A stretch of 63,610 nucleotides of DNA, counting the filler, from Candidatus Woesearchaeota archaeon (GTDB lineage Archaea; Nanobdellota; Nanobdellia; Woesearchaeales; J072), in the NCBI GenBank assembly GCA_003695265.1. It is 8 parts of 8 records of this genome, joined end to end, with 100 filler letters (N's around TTAATTAATTAA, not from the genome) between each part and the next. Parts side by side here need not be neighbours in the genome. Positions count along the whole stretch, not along the records: positions 12,288 to 36,480 come from RFII01000016.1; 7 more parts are not named here. One strand, written 5' to 3'. The number at the start of each line of letters is the position of its first letter. Position 1 is the first letter of the stretch. Under the pieces are notes generated by a model, which was not told the DNA's origin, searched no databases, and saw only the letters and a list, made by a program, of their open reading frames with translations. This document shows, piece by piece, positions 20,371-29,350 of this stretch. The translations under genes and the position numbers were made by a program.

Positions 20371-21408
20371 TCAATAAATTTCATGCTTTGGGTCCCGCGC
20401 CATGAATTCCTTATAAGCATCTATTGGGGATTTTCCTTCAAACAGTATTTGGTGCATTTTCTCTGTTATAGGCATTTCAAAAGGAAGGCTTCTTTGAAGC
20501 TCATAAACAGCCCTCGTCGTTTCAACACCCTCTGGAACCATTCCGTTAAGCAACACATTTATTTCTTCCAATGATTTTCCTTCAGAAATTAATTGGCCTA
20601 CGCGCCTGTTCCTTCCGTGCCTGCTGTAGCACGTTACGATAAGGTCGCCTGAACCTGCAAGGCCGTTAAAAGTCCTTTCTTCTCCTCCAAGATGTGTTCC
20701 CAGGCGTGTCATCTCAACCTTTCCGCGCTCGATCAACGCTGCTTTTGAATTATCGCCTAGAATGCCTCGCTCAATGTAGCCGTCAACGATTCCTGCTGCT
20801 ATTGCAATCACGTTTTTCAGCGCTGCTGCGATCTCAACGCCAATGACATCGTAAGAGGTGTAAACACGAAAATAGGAATTATTATTGAATGTTAGCTGGA
20901 CTTGTTTTGCTAGATCCTTGTTAGTTGAGGCTGCCACTACCAAAGTTGGTATTTCTCTACCAACTTCTTCGGCATGGCTTGGTCCTGAAATAACAGAAAT
21001 GTGATTATTATCAATACGCAATTCTTCTTTTAGCACTTCTGTTACTCTCTTAAAACTCTTAATTTCCATTCCCTTAGAAGCGCTGCAAAAATAGGCGTTA
21101 GGGCTGGCAATCCCTTTCATCTGCCTGAACACACGCCTTGAAAACTGCGTCGGCACAACAGTAACTATTAATTCTGCGTCACTGCAGATTTCTTCAAGAG
21201 AACTGCTTATTACAACGTGCTTTGGAATCTGAACGCCAGGAAGGTATTTCGGGTTTTGGTGTGATATTCTCATAATTTCAACAAGAGGGGACTCGCCGTA
21301 CATGTCTCCTTCCCAAACCCACAAGCCAACGTTTTTATGCTTGAAAGCAAGCGTTTTGGTGAGCGCTGTCCCCCAGCTTCCACCCCCTATAACAGCTATC
21401 TTTGACAT
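20371..21408 (-). CDS. gpsA: NAD(P)H-dependent sn-glycerol-3-phosphate dehydrogenase (bacterial type)
   Basis: GGGSWGTAL, SKG, SGPSHAEEV, LKNVIAIAAG, GLAG.GDL.VTC.S..GRN. Confidence 0.95.
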   Translation of the reverse strand: MSKIAVIGGGSWGTALTKTLAFKHKNVGLWVWEGDMYGESPLVEIMRISHQNPKYLPGVQIPKHVVISSSLEEICSDAELIVTVVPTQFSRRVFRQMKGIASPNAYFCSASKGMEIKSFKRVTEVLKEELRIDNNHISVISGPSHAEEVGREIPTLVVAASTNKDLAKQVQLTFNNNSYFRVYTSYDVIGVEIAAALKNVIAIAAGIVDGYIERGILGDNSKAALIERGKVEMTRLGTHLGGEERTFNGLAGSGDLIVTCYSRHGRNRRVGQLISEGKSLEEINVLLNGMVPEGVETTRAVYELQRSLPFEMPITEKMHQILFEGKSPIDAYKEFMARDPKHEIY

Positions 21409-21410
21409 TT

Positions 21411-22724
21411 TTACGTGTGATGCCTTATGGTGTTGGCATAATAAATTATTATTTTTGGCTCAACAACACAGTACTGTTTTTCTGCTCCTCCCTCATTGGA
21501 TGGTCTTATAAATTTTTGTTTAACAAAAGGCCGCAATCCTTCTTCAATAACAAGGAGCAGATTATTTTCAAGCCTTGGATCCATCCTGACTCCTACATTG
21601 TTAAAATGGTCTATTAGCCTTGCGGCTTCATCATAAAGCCAAGATTCGGAGACTGTGAATCCAGGGTAAATATTCCTGCTTAACCCTAATATATTGCCGA
21701 TTGCTGCCGCAACTAAAGCAGACGGATTAACAGCCACCGCTTCCTTTATCCCCTCAATAAAATGTTTGGCGACGTTTTTGGACAAGTCTCTTTGATTAGT
21801 GCTTTTCTGCTCGCTTAAATAATCTCCTAATGAATAGGGGCTACCGAATGAAACAAGAAGGTTGTTGCCTGGTGTGAAAAAATCCCTTAGGTTACCAAAT
21901 CTAGCCATAATTCCGTTCTGCATGCTTTTCGCAGTGTCAAGGGCAAAAAACGGCGCTTCTGGAACAAAATCATAGCTTATCGCCACTGGCACAACGTAAA
22001 TGTCAGCGCCATTCTGCTGCGCTGCAATAACCGAATCAATAAGGCCTCTTTTTGGAACAAGCACTTTTCCTGACCTGCTTCTCGTGCCCTCTGGAAAAAT
22101 TGCCATGTGAATGCCTTTCTCCAGAGCTGTTTTTGCGTATTCTGCAAGAACTTTCAAGTAAAGGATGTCTCTTGTATTGCCCCTATCAACTGTGTAAGCG
22201 TTCCATCCCTTTAGCGTTCTGCTAATGATTGGATTGGCAAAAAGGTTCAGCCCTGCTGCAAAGGATGGGATGTCCATTCCATTAGTCCCAAGCTTCCATC
22301 CCAAGAACATATAATCCAAATGGCTTAAGTGCCTCACCATGTAAACAAGTGTTTTATCCTTGTGCTGTTGGACTTTTTCAAGGCCAAGCGTTGAACCACC
22401 GCTAAACATGCTGTGAAAATACGCTGAGACAAAAATTTTGCCCAGCGCAGTAAGGGCCCTGCTCGGATTCCAGGCTATTTGGTCAGCGTAGAACTCTGCC
22501 TGCCTTCTGATAAGTTCTTCATTTATTTCTTCCTCGTTTATTTCTCCATGAAGAATAGTTTCCAGTGTTTGGCTGCTCAGCCCTTTGAAGACCTTTTCTC
22601 TTTTCTTCTCAGCCATTCCGGAGATACTTCTAGCAACGCAGCCGCGAAACCTTGTAATATCGTTTTCAGAGAACACTTTACTAACGACTATTTCCATTAA
22701 TTCCTCACGAGATATATCAAGCAT
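21411..22724 (-). CDS. Glycerol-3-phosphate/DHAP acyltransferase (PlsB/GPAT-like)
   Basis: HX4D motif HLSHLD, AAGLNL, FPEGTRSRSG, VPVAISYD. Confidence 0.85.
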   Translation of the reverse strand: MLDISREELMEIVVSKVFSENDITRFRGCVARSISGMAEKKREKVFKGLSSQTLETILHGEINEEEINEELIRRQAEFYADQIAWNPSRALTALGKIFVSAYFHSMFSGGSTLGLEKVQQHKDKTLVYMVRHLSHLDYMFLGWKLGTNGMDIPSFAAGLNLFANPIISRTLKGWNAYTVDRGNTRDILYLKVLAEYAKTALEKGIHMAIFPEGTRSRSGKVLVPKRGLIDSVIAAQQNGADIYVVPVAISYDFVPEAPFFALDTAKSMQNGIMARFGNLRDFFTPGNNLLVSFGSPYSLGDYLSEQKSTNQRDLSKNVAKHFIEGIKEAVAVNPSALVAAAIGNILGLSRNIYPGFTVSESWLYDEAARLIDHFNNVGVRMDPRLENNLLLVIEEGLRPFVKQKFIRPSNEGGAEKQYCVVEPKIIIYYANTIRHHT

Positions 22725-22774
22725 GAATGACGAGAAAAAAAAAGTTTATTTAAAAGTTTCTGCCAAAAAAGATG

Positions 22775-23086
22775 TTATTTTCTTTTTTTCCCTTCTTTTT
22801 TCTTTTCTCTGCCTTTCGGTCTTTTCTTCTTGACAATAACAATCTTATGCTTTGGAGAATTCAGTTTTCTTCTCACAACTCTTGTCTTTGCGAAGTCTGC
22901 TGCCAGCTCTGCTTCTACAGGGGCGTGAGTCATTGAAATCATCGAAGCAAAGAACATCAGCGCAAATATTAGGCAGATTGCAAATCCAAACGGCTTTGAC
23001 ATAGGCCAGATGACAATAGCGCTGAAGAAGAAGCCGAGCATGCTTGCCAGCATGTATAAACGGGATAATGGATAAAAGCCTGCCAA
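22775..23086 (-). CDS. Small 2-TM membrane protein with basic tail
   Basis: Two hydrophobic helices; GAGGTGG RBS upstream. Confidence 0.6.
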   Translation of the reverse strand: MAGFYPLSRLYMLASMLGFFFSAIVIWPMSKPFGFAICLIFALMFFASMISMTHAPVEAELAADFAKTRVVRRKLNSPKHKIVIVKKKRPKGREKKKEGKKRK

Positions 23087-23144
23087 TTAAACCACCTCTT
23101 TTGTGAATATTACTTTGTTCTTTTTCTTATTTAAAATTATCCTT

Positions 23145-23234
23145 TTTTAGGGTGATGCCAACTTGATTATGATAAGCTTTTGTGCATAGGTGGTGCGGGC
23201 GGGACTAAGCATTGTAATATTCCAGCACAACAAA
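23145..23234 (+). repeat. Dispersed intergenic repeat, copy A
   Basis: Colinear blocks shared with the reverse complement of 50845-50952. Confidence 0.65.
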
Positions 23235-23280
23235 ATAGGTTTAACACTTTTTTTACAAGAGACGTAGCCACTTTCAACCC

Positions 23281-24363
23281 TTATTTAACAAACTTCAGGT
23301 TAGGAACTAGTTTCTTTGCTTCTCTCACTTTTTTGTTAAAGTTTTGCATGAATTCGACCATTTTTTGGCAGGCGATTTCCTTTATTTCTCCTGAGGTCAT
23401 TCTTCCTGCCTTGTACTCGTCATGAATTCTCTGAAGCTCTGAATCATCCTCGATGAGGTGCTGCTTTAGCAGCTCGAACACCATGTCTTTTTCGATTATT
23501 GCGCCTAGCCTGCGGTGCTCTTCAAGAGTGTCTCTGCCTCCTGTGAGAGCCCTCTTAATTTTTTTACATACAGACTTCTCGTCTTCTGGAAGCTCTATGC
23601 ATGACTCTGGCTTTGACTTTGACATTTTTATAGAGCCATCTAAGGAAGGTGTGTATTTGTGGAATATTGAGCTTGGCAACACGAAGTTTCTTGATTTCAT
23701 CCTATTAACAATATCCCTTGTTAAGAGAATATGTGGCACTTGGTCGACGCCGACAGGAATCACTCCAGGCATTCTCTTCTTGAACTGAGGGTAAAGAATG
23801 TCTCCAACCTGAGTGCATGCCGCGAATATCCTGCCCGGCTCTGCATTTCCGTAAAGCGCCTTGAACTGGTTTAATGTTACTTTTCTGGCAAAAAGCGACG
23901 CAGACCTCATAACTTCGACGTTTTCTGACTGGAAGTAAAACGTTGTTTTTTCAGGGTCTAATCCAAGCGCTATATAGGCAGGAATATGAAAGTTTAACGC
24001 CCTTTTTCTTGCTTCTTCCAGAGAAATCCCCCTCGTGGCTTCTGCTTCAAGGTCTGCTATGAGAATGTACGTTTCTGCCCCAAATTTCTGGAAATAGGCA
24101 ATGTTCTCGACAACCATTTTATTGCCGAAATGAATCTTGTCCGCGGTTGGCATTATGCCGCTTAGAACGTAGAACGGCTTTTTGTTTTTCATCGCATCCA
24201 ATAATGTTTTCTGTCCTATTCCTGAGAACACTACGCCACGCCTCATAATCCTGTTCGGGCTTGGAAACTTATCCAGCATGAATTGTTCTAGGTGAAAGTC
24301 TGTGATCAGCTTTGCATAATCCTCCACTAATTTGCTCCCCCAGGGATCAATGATTTTTGCCAT
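23281..24363 (-). CDS. trpS: Tryptophanyl-tRNA synthetase (archaeal type)
   Basis: IDPWGS, HFGN, PVGVDQ.PH, KMSKS, ALTGGR. Confidence 0.95.
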   Translation of the reverse strand: MAKIIDPWGSKLVEDYAKLITDFHLEQFMLDKFPSPNRIMRRGVVFSGIGQKTLLDAMKNKKPFYVLSGIMPTADKIHFGNKMVVENIAYFQKFGAETYILIADLEAEATRGISLEEARKRALNFHIPAYIALGLDPEKTTFYFQSENVEVMRSASLFARKVTLNQFKALYGNAEPGRIFAACTQVGDILYPQFKKRMPGVIPVGVDQVPHILLTRDIVNRMKSRNFVLPSSIFHKYTPSLDGSIKMSKSKPESCIELPEDEKSVCKKIKRALTGGRDTLEEHRRLGAIIEKDMVFELLKQHLIEDDSELQRIHDEYKAGRMTSGEIKEIACQKMVEFMQNFNKKVREAKKLVPNLKFVK

Positions 24364-24467
24364 TGCTAGAAGTCAGGCTGGAATTTATTTAAAGCTTTTC
24401 ATTTTTCCAGTTAAATTACTACTTTAGAATAGAAAAATATAAATTAAAGACGATAATAATATCAAGT

Positions 24468-25244
24468 ATGAAACTTCATGAATTAATTGAAGAGGTATTG
24501 AATGCACAAAAATGCTTTGAAGAAAGGAAGGAAAGGCTGAGAGAAGCCCTTAAAAAAGCAGTTGGAGAGCACATAGACTCTGTTTTTGATAATAGGCCTA
24601 TGCCTGAAGCATTAAGACTGGCAGAAAGCCTTGAAAGCATAGTATTTGGCCAGGAGACCGCGAAAGGAATCGGCTCTGGTTCTTATTGCCGCATAAAGAA
24701 TTATGTGTTAAACACTTATAATCCTGGAGATTATTTCAGCACAGCCGATGTTGCTAAAGGTGTTGGGTTCCATAGAGATACTGTAAGAAGAGCTTTAAGA
24801 AGAATGAGAAATGTGAAATACGTTGATTCTGAGAGGAGATGGCTATTAAGGGTTGAGCTTGACAGCAAAGCAATATTCTCTGCAGCAAGAAATCTTATAA
24901 GAAAACAGGGTTACGCGACTGCACGGGAAATAACAAGCATGCTTGGTTACGGAAATGTAGAAGTGTTCCATGTTGGGAGAATAATCTCTCAAGCGCATGA
25001 AGAGCAGGGTTGGGACAGGAAACTGACAAAGGAAGGTTACGCGTATTTCCCAAAAGGAAAGAATCCAATAATAACTCCGCGCGGGAAAGTGCTCCGGGCA
25101 ATAGGAAGAAGACAGAGAGTTTACGTTCATGATGTTGCGGAGCAGACAGGCTTGACACCGCTAAGCGTGACGAGAGTTCTTTCTAATGATGACAGGTTTA
25201 AAAGAGGCCGCAGCTCAGAGGGGGTTTATTATCAAAGGAAATAA
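24468..25244 (+). CDS. Hypothetical protein with tandem winged-HTH-like repeats
   Basis: FSTADVAKGVG..RDTVRRAL; TAREIT; VHDVAEQTGLTPLSVTRVL. Confidence 0.55.
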   Translation: MKLHELIEEVLNAQKCFEERKERLREALKKAVGEHIDSVFDNRPMPEALRLAESLESIVFGQETAKGIGSGSYCRIKNYVLNTYNPGDYFSTADVAKGVGFHRDTVRRALRRMRNVKYVDSERRWLLRVELDSKAIFSAARNLIRKQGYATAREITSMLGYGNVEVFHVGRIISQAHEEQGWDRKLTKEGYAYFPKGKNPIITPRGKVLRAIGRRQRVYVHDVAEQTGLTPLSVTRVLSNDDRFKRGRSSEGVYYQRK

Positions 25245-25300
25245 ATAGAATAATTTAAATAGGTAATCACACAATATTTCTTTAAACGAGGTGATTCATC

Positions 25301-25498
25301 ATGTGCTTATGCGAGAAATGCACTAAAACATGCGGCGTTGTTTTCTTGATTGTTGGCATTTTGTTTTTGCTGAAGGACTTTGGCATATGGGATTTTTGGA
25401 ATATTAATTGGTGGACTGCAGTCTTCTTAATATTAGGCTTGGGCGCTTTTTGCTCTACAGGGTGCCCTGAGTGCAAGGCGTTGCACAAAAAGAAATAA
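25301..25498 (+). CDS. Small membrane protein with flanking Cys pairs (DUF5668-like)
   Basis: GILFLLKDFGIWDFW; CxxC at both ends; GAGGTGAT RBS. Confidence 0.65.
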   Translation: MCLCEKCTKTCGVVFLIVGILFLLKDFGIWDFWNINWWTAVFLILGLGAFCSTGCPECKALHKKK

Positions 25499-25528
25499 TT
25501 TAAATAGATTCAATTTTATTTTTTTATT

Positions 25529-26410
25529 ATGAAGCACAGTATTAAAATAACAGCGTTTCTCTTGCTTGTTTTTCTCGCGTCACAGCTTGTTGGTTTGCTC
25601 ATCATAAACAACTATGTTGATAAGGAGCAGACTAAGAGAAGCTTTGAGGAAACAGGGCAATACAAAGTTGTTTACAAGCCCCTCCCATACAACGTTGAAA
25701 GACCTGAAGTTGACGAATCAACATCATTCATTCCCATAATCATCGCAATACTTGTGGGAACCTCGCTTTTCCTGTTGCTAATGAGGTTTAAGAAAGTCAG
25801 TGTTTGGAAGGCTTGGTACTTCCTAAGCGTGTTTCTGTGCATGACAATAGCGTTAGCTGCTTTTCTTCCGCAAGCAATAGCTTTAGTAATCTCAGCGGTT
25901 TCTTCTTTTTTCAAGACAGCAAAGCCCAATGTGGTTGTTCACAACTTAACAGAGATTTTTATTTACGGCGGCTTAGCAGCCATATTTGTTCCTATTATTA
26001 ATATGTTTTCTGCAATTGCTCTTCTCATAATAATCTCTGTTTATGACATGATTGCTGTTTGGAAGAGCAAGCACATGGTGAAGATGGCTAAGTTTCAGTC
26101 AAAGACAAAGATTTTCGCAGGCCTGTTTATTCCATACAAAAAAGCTCCAAAGCCTAAAAAAGGCGCGAAAACAATAAGGGTTCCTGTCAAGAACGCTGTT
26201 CTAGGCGGCGGCGACATCGCATTCCCGTTAATATTTGCAGGTGTTGTTATGAAGCAGTTCAGCTTTGCGCAAACACTGATTATTCCTGTTTTTGTAACGC
26301 TTGCCCTGCTTATTCTGTTCATAAAAGCTGAGAAAGACAAGTTTTATCCTGCAATGCCTTTTGTCACAGCAGGGTGCATCCTAGGGTATTTTGCTATCTT
26401 ACTAATTTAG
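25529..26410 (+). CDS. Presenilin/SPP-family intramembrane aspartyl protease
   Basis: YD (SVYDM), GxGD (LGGGD), PAL-like PAMP. Confidence 0.9.
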   Translation: MKHSIKITAFLLLVFLASQLVGLLIINNYVDKEQTKRSFEETGQYKVVYKPLPYNVERPEVDESTSFIPIIIAILVGTSLFLLLMRFKKVSVWKAWYFLSVFLCMTIALAAFLPQAIALVISAVSSFFKTAKPNVVVHNLTEIFIYGGLAAIFVPIINMFSAIALLIIISVYDMIAVWKSKHMVKMAKFQSKTKIFAGLFIPYKKAPKPKKGAKTIRVPVKNAVLGGGDIAFPLIFAGVVMKQFSFAQTLIIPVFVTLALLILFIKAEKDKFYPAMPFVTAGCILGYFAILLI

Positions 26411-27219
26411 AAACCTTTAAGAGTCTTCTGCCTGACAGAAGAGGCAAATGTCATTGGATTCAAAACCAATCCGTCTTTTGCTGCGAGTACGTGCGTGGAA
26501 GTCTGCTTTGATATTTCCCTTGCTTCATACAATGGGTCTGCCTGGTGCATTTTTATCCCAAAATGGGTGATTACAGCGTGCTTAGGCTTTGCCTCGTTGA
26601 TTAGCTTTACTGCATCTTCAGAATTCATGTGGTTCTTTTCTTTTATGTGAAATGGGTTCACCACGTTTATTATTAACAGGTCTGTTTCCTTAAACTCTTC
26701 AGCTAATTCCTTGAAGTATTCTGTGTCGGAAGTGTAGCCCAGAGTGAATTTTGGAGCAAAGAATTTGAAGCCAACTGCATGAGGGTCGTTGTGTCGTGTT
26801 GGCGTGGCTTTTATTTCTATCTCATTTATAGCGATTTTTTGCCCTGCCTCAACCGCGATAGCCCTTTCAACCAAGCGCTTATAGTATTCTGTCATAACAG
26901 GCTTCATTGTTTCAATGCCGTTGTAGGCTGTTTTGTTGGTTATGACAACGCCTTTCTTGTCAAAGCCGTTATGGGTCATTGCGGATATGAGCGCGTTGAT
27001 GTCATTGCAGTGGTTAAGGTGGTTGTGAGAAACAAAGATGGCAGTGTTGTGCCTTGGATTAATGTCAGCAATTCTCGCCCTTACAACTGCTCCTGGTCCG
27101 GGATCAATGTGAAATTGGTTGCCCTCAGCCTGAAGAACAATGCCGCCAGAAGCCCTTAATTGCTGGCCTGTAACAAAAATGTCTCCGCCTGTGCCTAGAA
27201 ATATTACTCTCGGATCCAT
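26407..27219 (-). CDS. Metallo-beta-lactamase fold hydrolase
   Basis: FLGTGG, IDPGPG, SHNHLNH, YTSDT, THFG. Confidence 0.88.
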   Translation of the reverse strand: MDPRVIFLGTGGDIFVTGQQLRASGGIVLQAEGNQFHIDPGPGAVVRARIADINPRHNTAIFVSHNHLNHCNDINALISAMTHNGFDKKGVVITNKTAYNGIETMKPVMTEYYKRLVERAIAVEAGQKIAINEIEIKATPTRHNDPHAVGFKFFAPKFTLGYTSDTEYFKELAEEFKETDLLIINVVNPFHIKEKNHMNSEDAVKLINEAKPKHAVITHFGIKMHQADPLYEAREISKQTSTHVLAAKDGLVLNPMTFASSVRQKTLKGF

Positions 27220-27354
27220 CTTACCCCCAAGGATTACATAGGCAAGGATATATTTAAGGGTTTCGTAAAAGATGATAAGATTAAGATGTAAAGAAAATAA
27301 TTTTTTCTCACGATTTATAGAAAACTTTAAAAGAATAAGATTATTCTATCGTGC

Positions 27355-27631
27355 CGGCAGGCTAGGCCGGGTGGTCAGCCCTCACCTGTTACCGCAAACG
27401 GGCTTTACGGCGGGGCTGAAGCTTTGGAAGAGGCTCATTGCTTTGCCGTTGGTCTCAGCTTGGACGATGAGGTTCTGTCCCATTGGGCTTGTTTTTTCGG
27501 GAAATGAGTCAGGTCAGGAATGAAGCAGCTCTAACTGATTAAACAGGCGCTTTTGGGGTAGCGGAGCTAAGGACAGGCTGGGGTTAAGCCAATGGCTCGG
27601 CTTTGAGTCCATTCCTGGGCGCGCCTGCCGC
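27355..27631 (+). ncRNA. ffs: Signal recognition particle RNA (7S)
   Basis: 5' GCUAGGCCGG Alu start; helix 8 GAG-UCAGG-UCA-GGAA-UGA-AGCAG-CUC; terminal GGCAGG/CCUGCC pairing. Confidence 0.93.
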
Positions 27632-27694
27632 TTTTCTTGAAAGATTTCTAATTATTTATTAACAAATATTGCTTCAAAATTGATTTCTTCAGCT

Positions 27695-29266
27695 TTAAGA
27701 AACATGAAACCCAACGCTCACATTAAGGAGTATTGGCGAGTAGCTTGGGTCTTGTGTTGTGAGGCTCGCATTTATCTGGAAGTACCTGCCTGTGACTCCT
27801 GTAAGTGTTTTTAGTGAGCTGTTTGTCAAGGAGCCTGCCCATGGCTCTGTATCGCATAAGGGATCATCACATGACCTATATTGAAGAGTTAGGTTCATTA
27901 TTGCCCTTTTGTAAATGCTCAGCGCTTCAGAGCCCTGCAGTGTTCTGTTCCATATTGCAAGCTCGTCTATCAGGCCGGAATAGTCTTTGCTCATGTCATC
28001 CTTTATTCCTATGTACAAAGGATCATTGCTTTGCTTGAAGGCAAACCCCGACTTGGAAGATGTGCCTTTCTGCGTTCCGTTTATGTAAATAATGCCTTCC
28101 CCTGCTGATGACACCGTACAAGCAACAAAAACCCAGTCTGTGGAAGAAAGAGGCGCTTTCGGCTTCACGTCTCCGCTAACGTCATTTTTGAACTTGCATT
28201 CTATCTCGTTATTTTTTATTTTTACCTCTATGTTGTTTTTTTTGAAAAAAACCCTTTGGTCTGTTGCCAAGTCATTCGGCTTTATCCAGAAAGAGACTGT
28301 CGCGTTTGTAGTCAATGTGGCAAATGATGCGCTGTCCAAAACTTTAACGTAAACGTCGCTGCCGCTGAAATCAAGCGCTGTGCCAAGCTTTCCCTGTGCG
28401 CCGAAGCCGATGCTTCCAAACGCATCACCGTGATTTGCGCTGCCTGAAAAGTCTTCTACGTCGCTTCCGCTGGGGCCTTGGCCTGCTGACTGCTCGTTCA
28501 TGTGCATTAAAAGAATGTTTCCGGACATGTCTGCTCCTGCATCGCTTCCAGCATTGTTAGGAAGTTCTTCCCCGTAAGGCAGCGCTTCTCCAAAGCTTAT
28601 GTTAAGCCAGCTCGTGCTTGTTGCGTTCGAGTCATTAGTGTTGAGGTAGCTTCCTGCCAAAGCTCCTGAGAGCTCGACTTGGTCGCCGTTTGAGTAAGTG
28701 TTTGTGAATGAGCCTGTGTCAAACTCTGCTTCAGAATCCAAAACCCATGAGTAGCTTCCTGCCTGGTTGCTTTCATTACTGCCATTTCCACCCAGGTTGG
28801 TATTGGCCACTGTGCCAACAATTTTTTTCTTGCCTGTAAACTCGTATGTTCCTCCTGTCTTTATATCCCTATAGGTTATTCTTACATCATAACTGAAATC
28901 ATCGCTGAGAGCCTCGCCCAGAGAGCCTGTGATAGCTCCTTTTCCGCCAATGCTTAAAGGATAATTCCCCGACCACACAGTCTTATTGCCAAATTCAATT
29001 TTTGTAATGGTTATTGGCTGAGGATTATTATTCATAACGTTCAGAACCACATTCCCAGCACTGTCAATAGACCATGTTGTTAAGCCGATGTCAGCGCTGC
29101 TCCAGTAGGCCTTAGAGACCCTCACATCAGCGTTGCCGCCGATCCAGGGAATTCCGCCAATGGCTGCGACAACAATAACAGCAACAAGCAGAACAATAGA
29201 TGCAGTGATTAGGTATTCGGTGGAAGTCTGAGCTCTTTTCTTGCAAAGAAAATAATTATAATTCAT
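27695..29266 (-). CDS. Type IV pilin-like protein (class III signal peptide) with LamG domain
   Basis: KKRA|QTSTEY plus hydrophobic helix; LamG motifs TVSFWIKP, GLIDELAIWNRTL. Confidence 0.8.
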   Translation of the reverse strand: MNYNYFLCKKRAQTSTEYLITASIVLLVAVIVVAAIGGIPWIGGNADVRVSKAYWSSADIGLTTWSIDSAGNVVLNVMNNNPQPITITKIEFGNKTVWSGNYPLSIGGKGAITGSLGEALSDDFSYDVRITYRDIKTGGTYEFTGKKKIVGTVANTNLGGNGSNESNQAGSYSWVLDSEAEFDTGSFTNTYSNGDQVELSGALAGSYLNTNDSNATSTSWLNISFGEALPYGEELPNNAGSDAGADMSGNILLMHMNEQSAGQGPSGSDVEDFSGSANHGDAFGSIGFGAQGKLGTALDFSGSDVYVKVLDSASFATLTTNATVSFWIKPNDLATDQRVFFKKNNIEVKIKNNEIECKFKNDVSGDVKPKAPLSSTDWVFVACTVSSAGEGIIYINGTQKGTSSKSGFAFKQSNDPLYIGIKDDMSKDYSGLIDELAIWNRTLQGSEALSIYKRAIMNLTLQYRSCDDPLCDTEPWAGSLTNSSLKTLTGVTGRYFQINASLTTQDPSYSPILLNVSVGFHVS

Positions 29267-29350
29267 ACTTAATAAGTTCTGAAGTATATTTAAATATTTT
29301 ATGCTATGCTATGATTAAATTTATATATAAACGCCTTATTCTCACAGGGT

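Noticed and set aside
27272..27523. 83-aa ORF
   Set aside because: Overlaps the SRP RNA gene.
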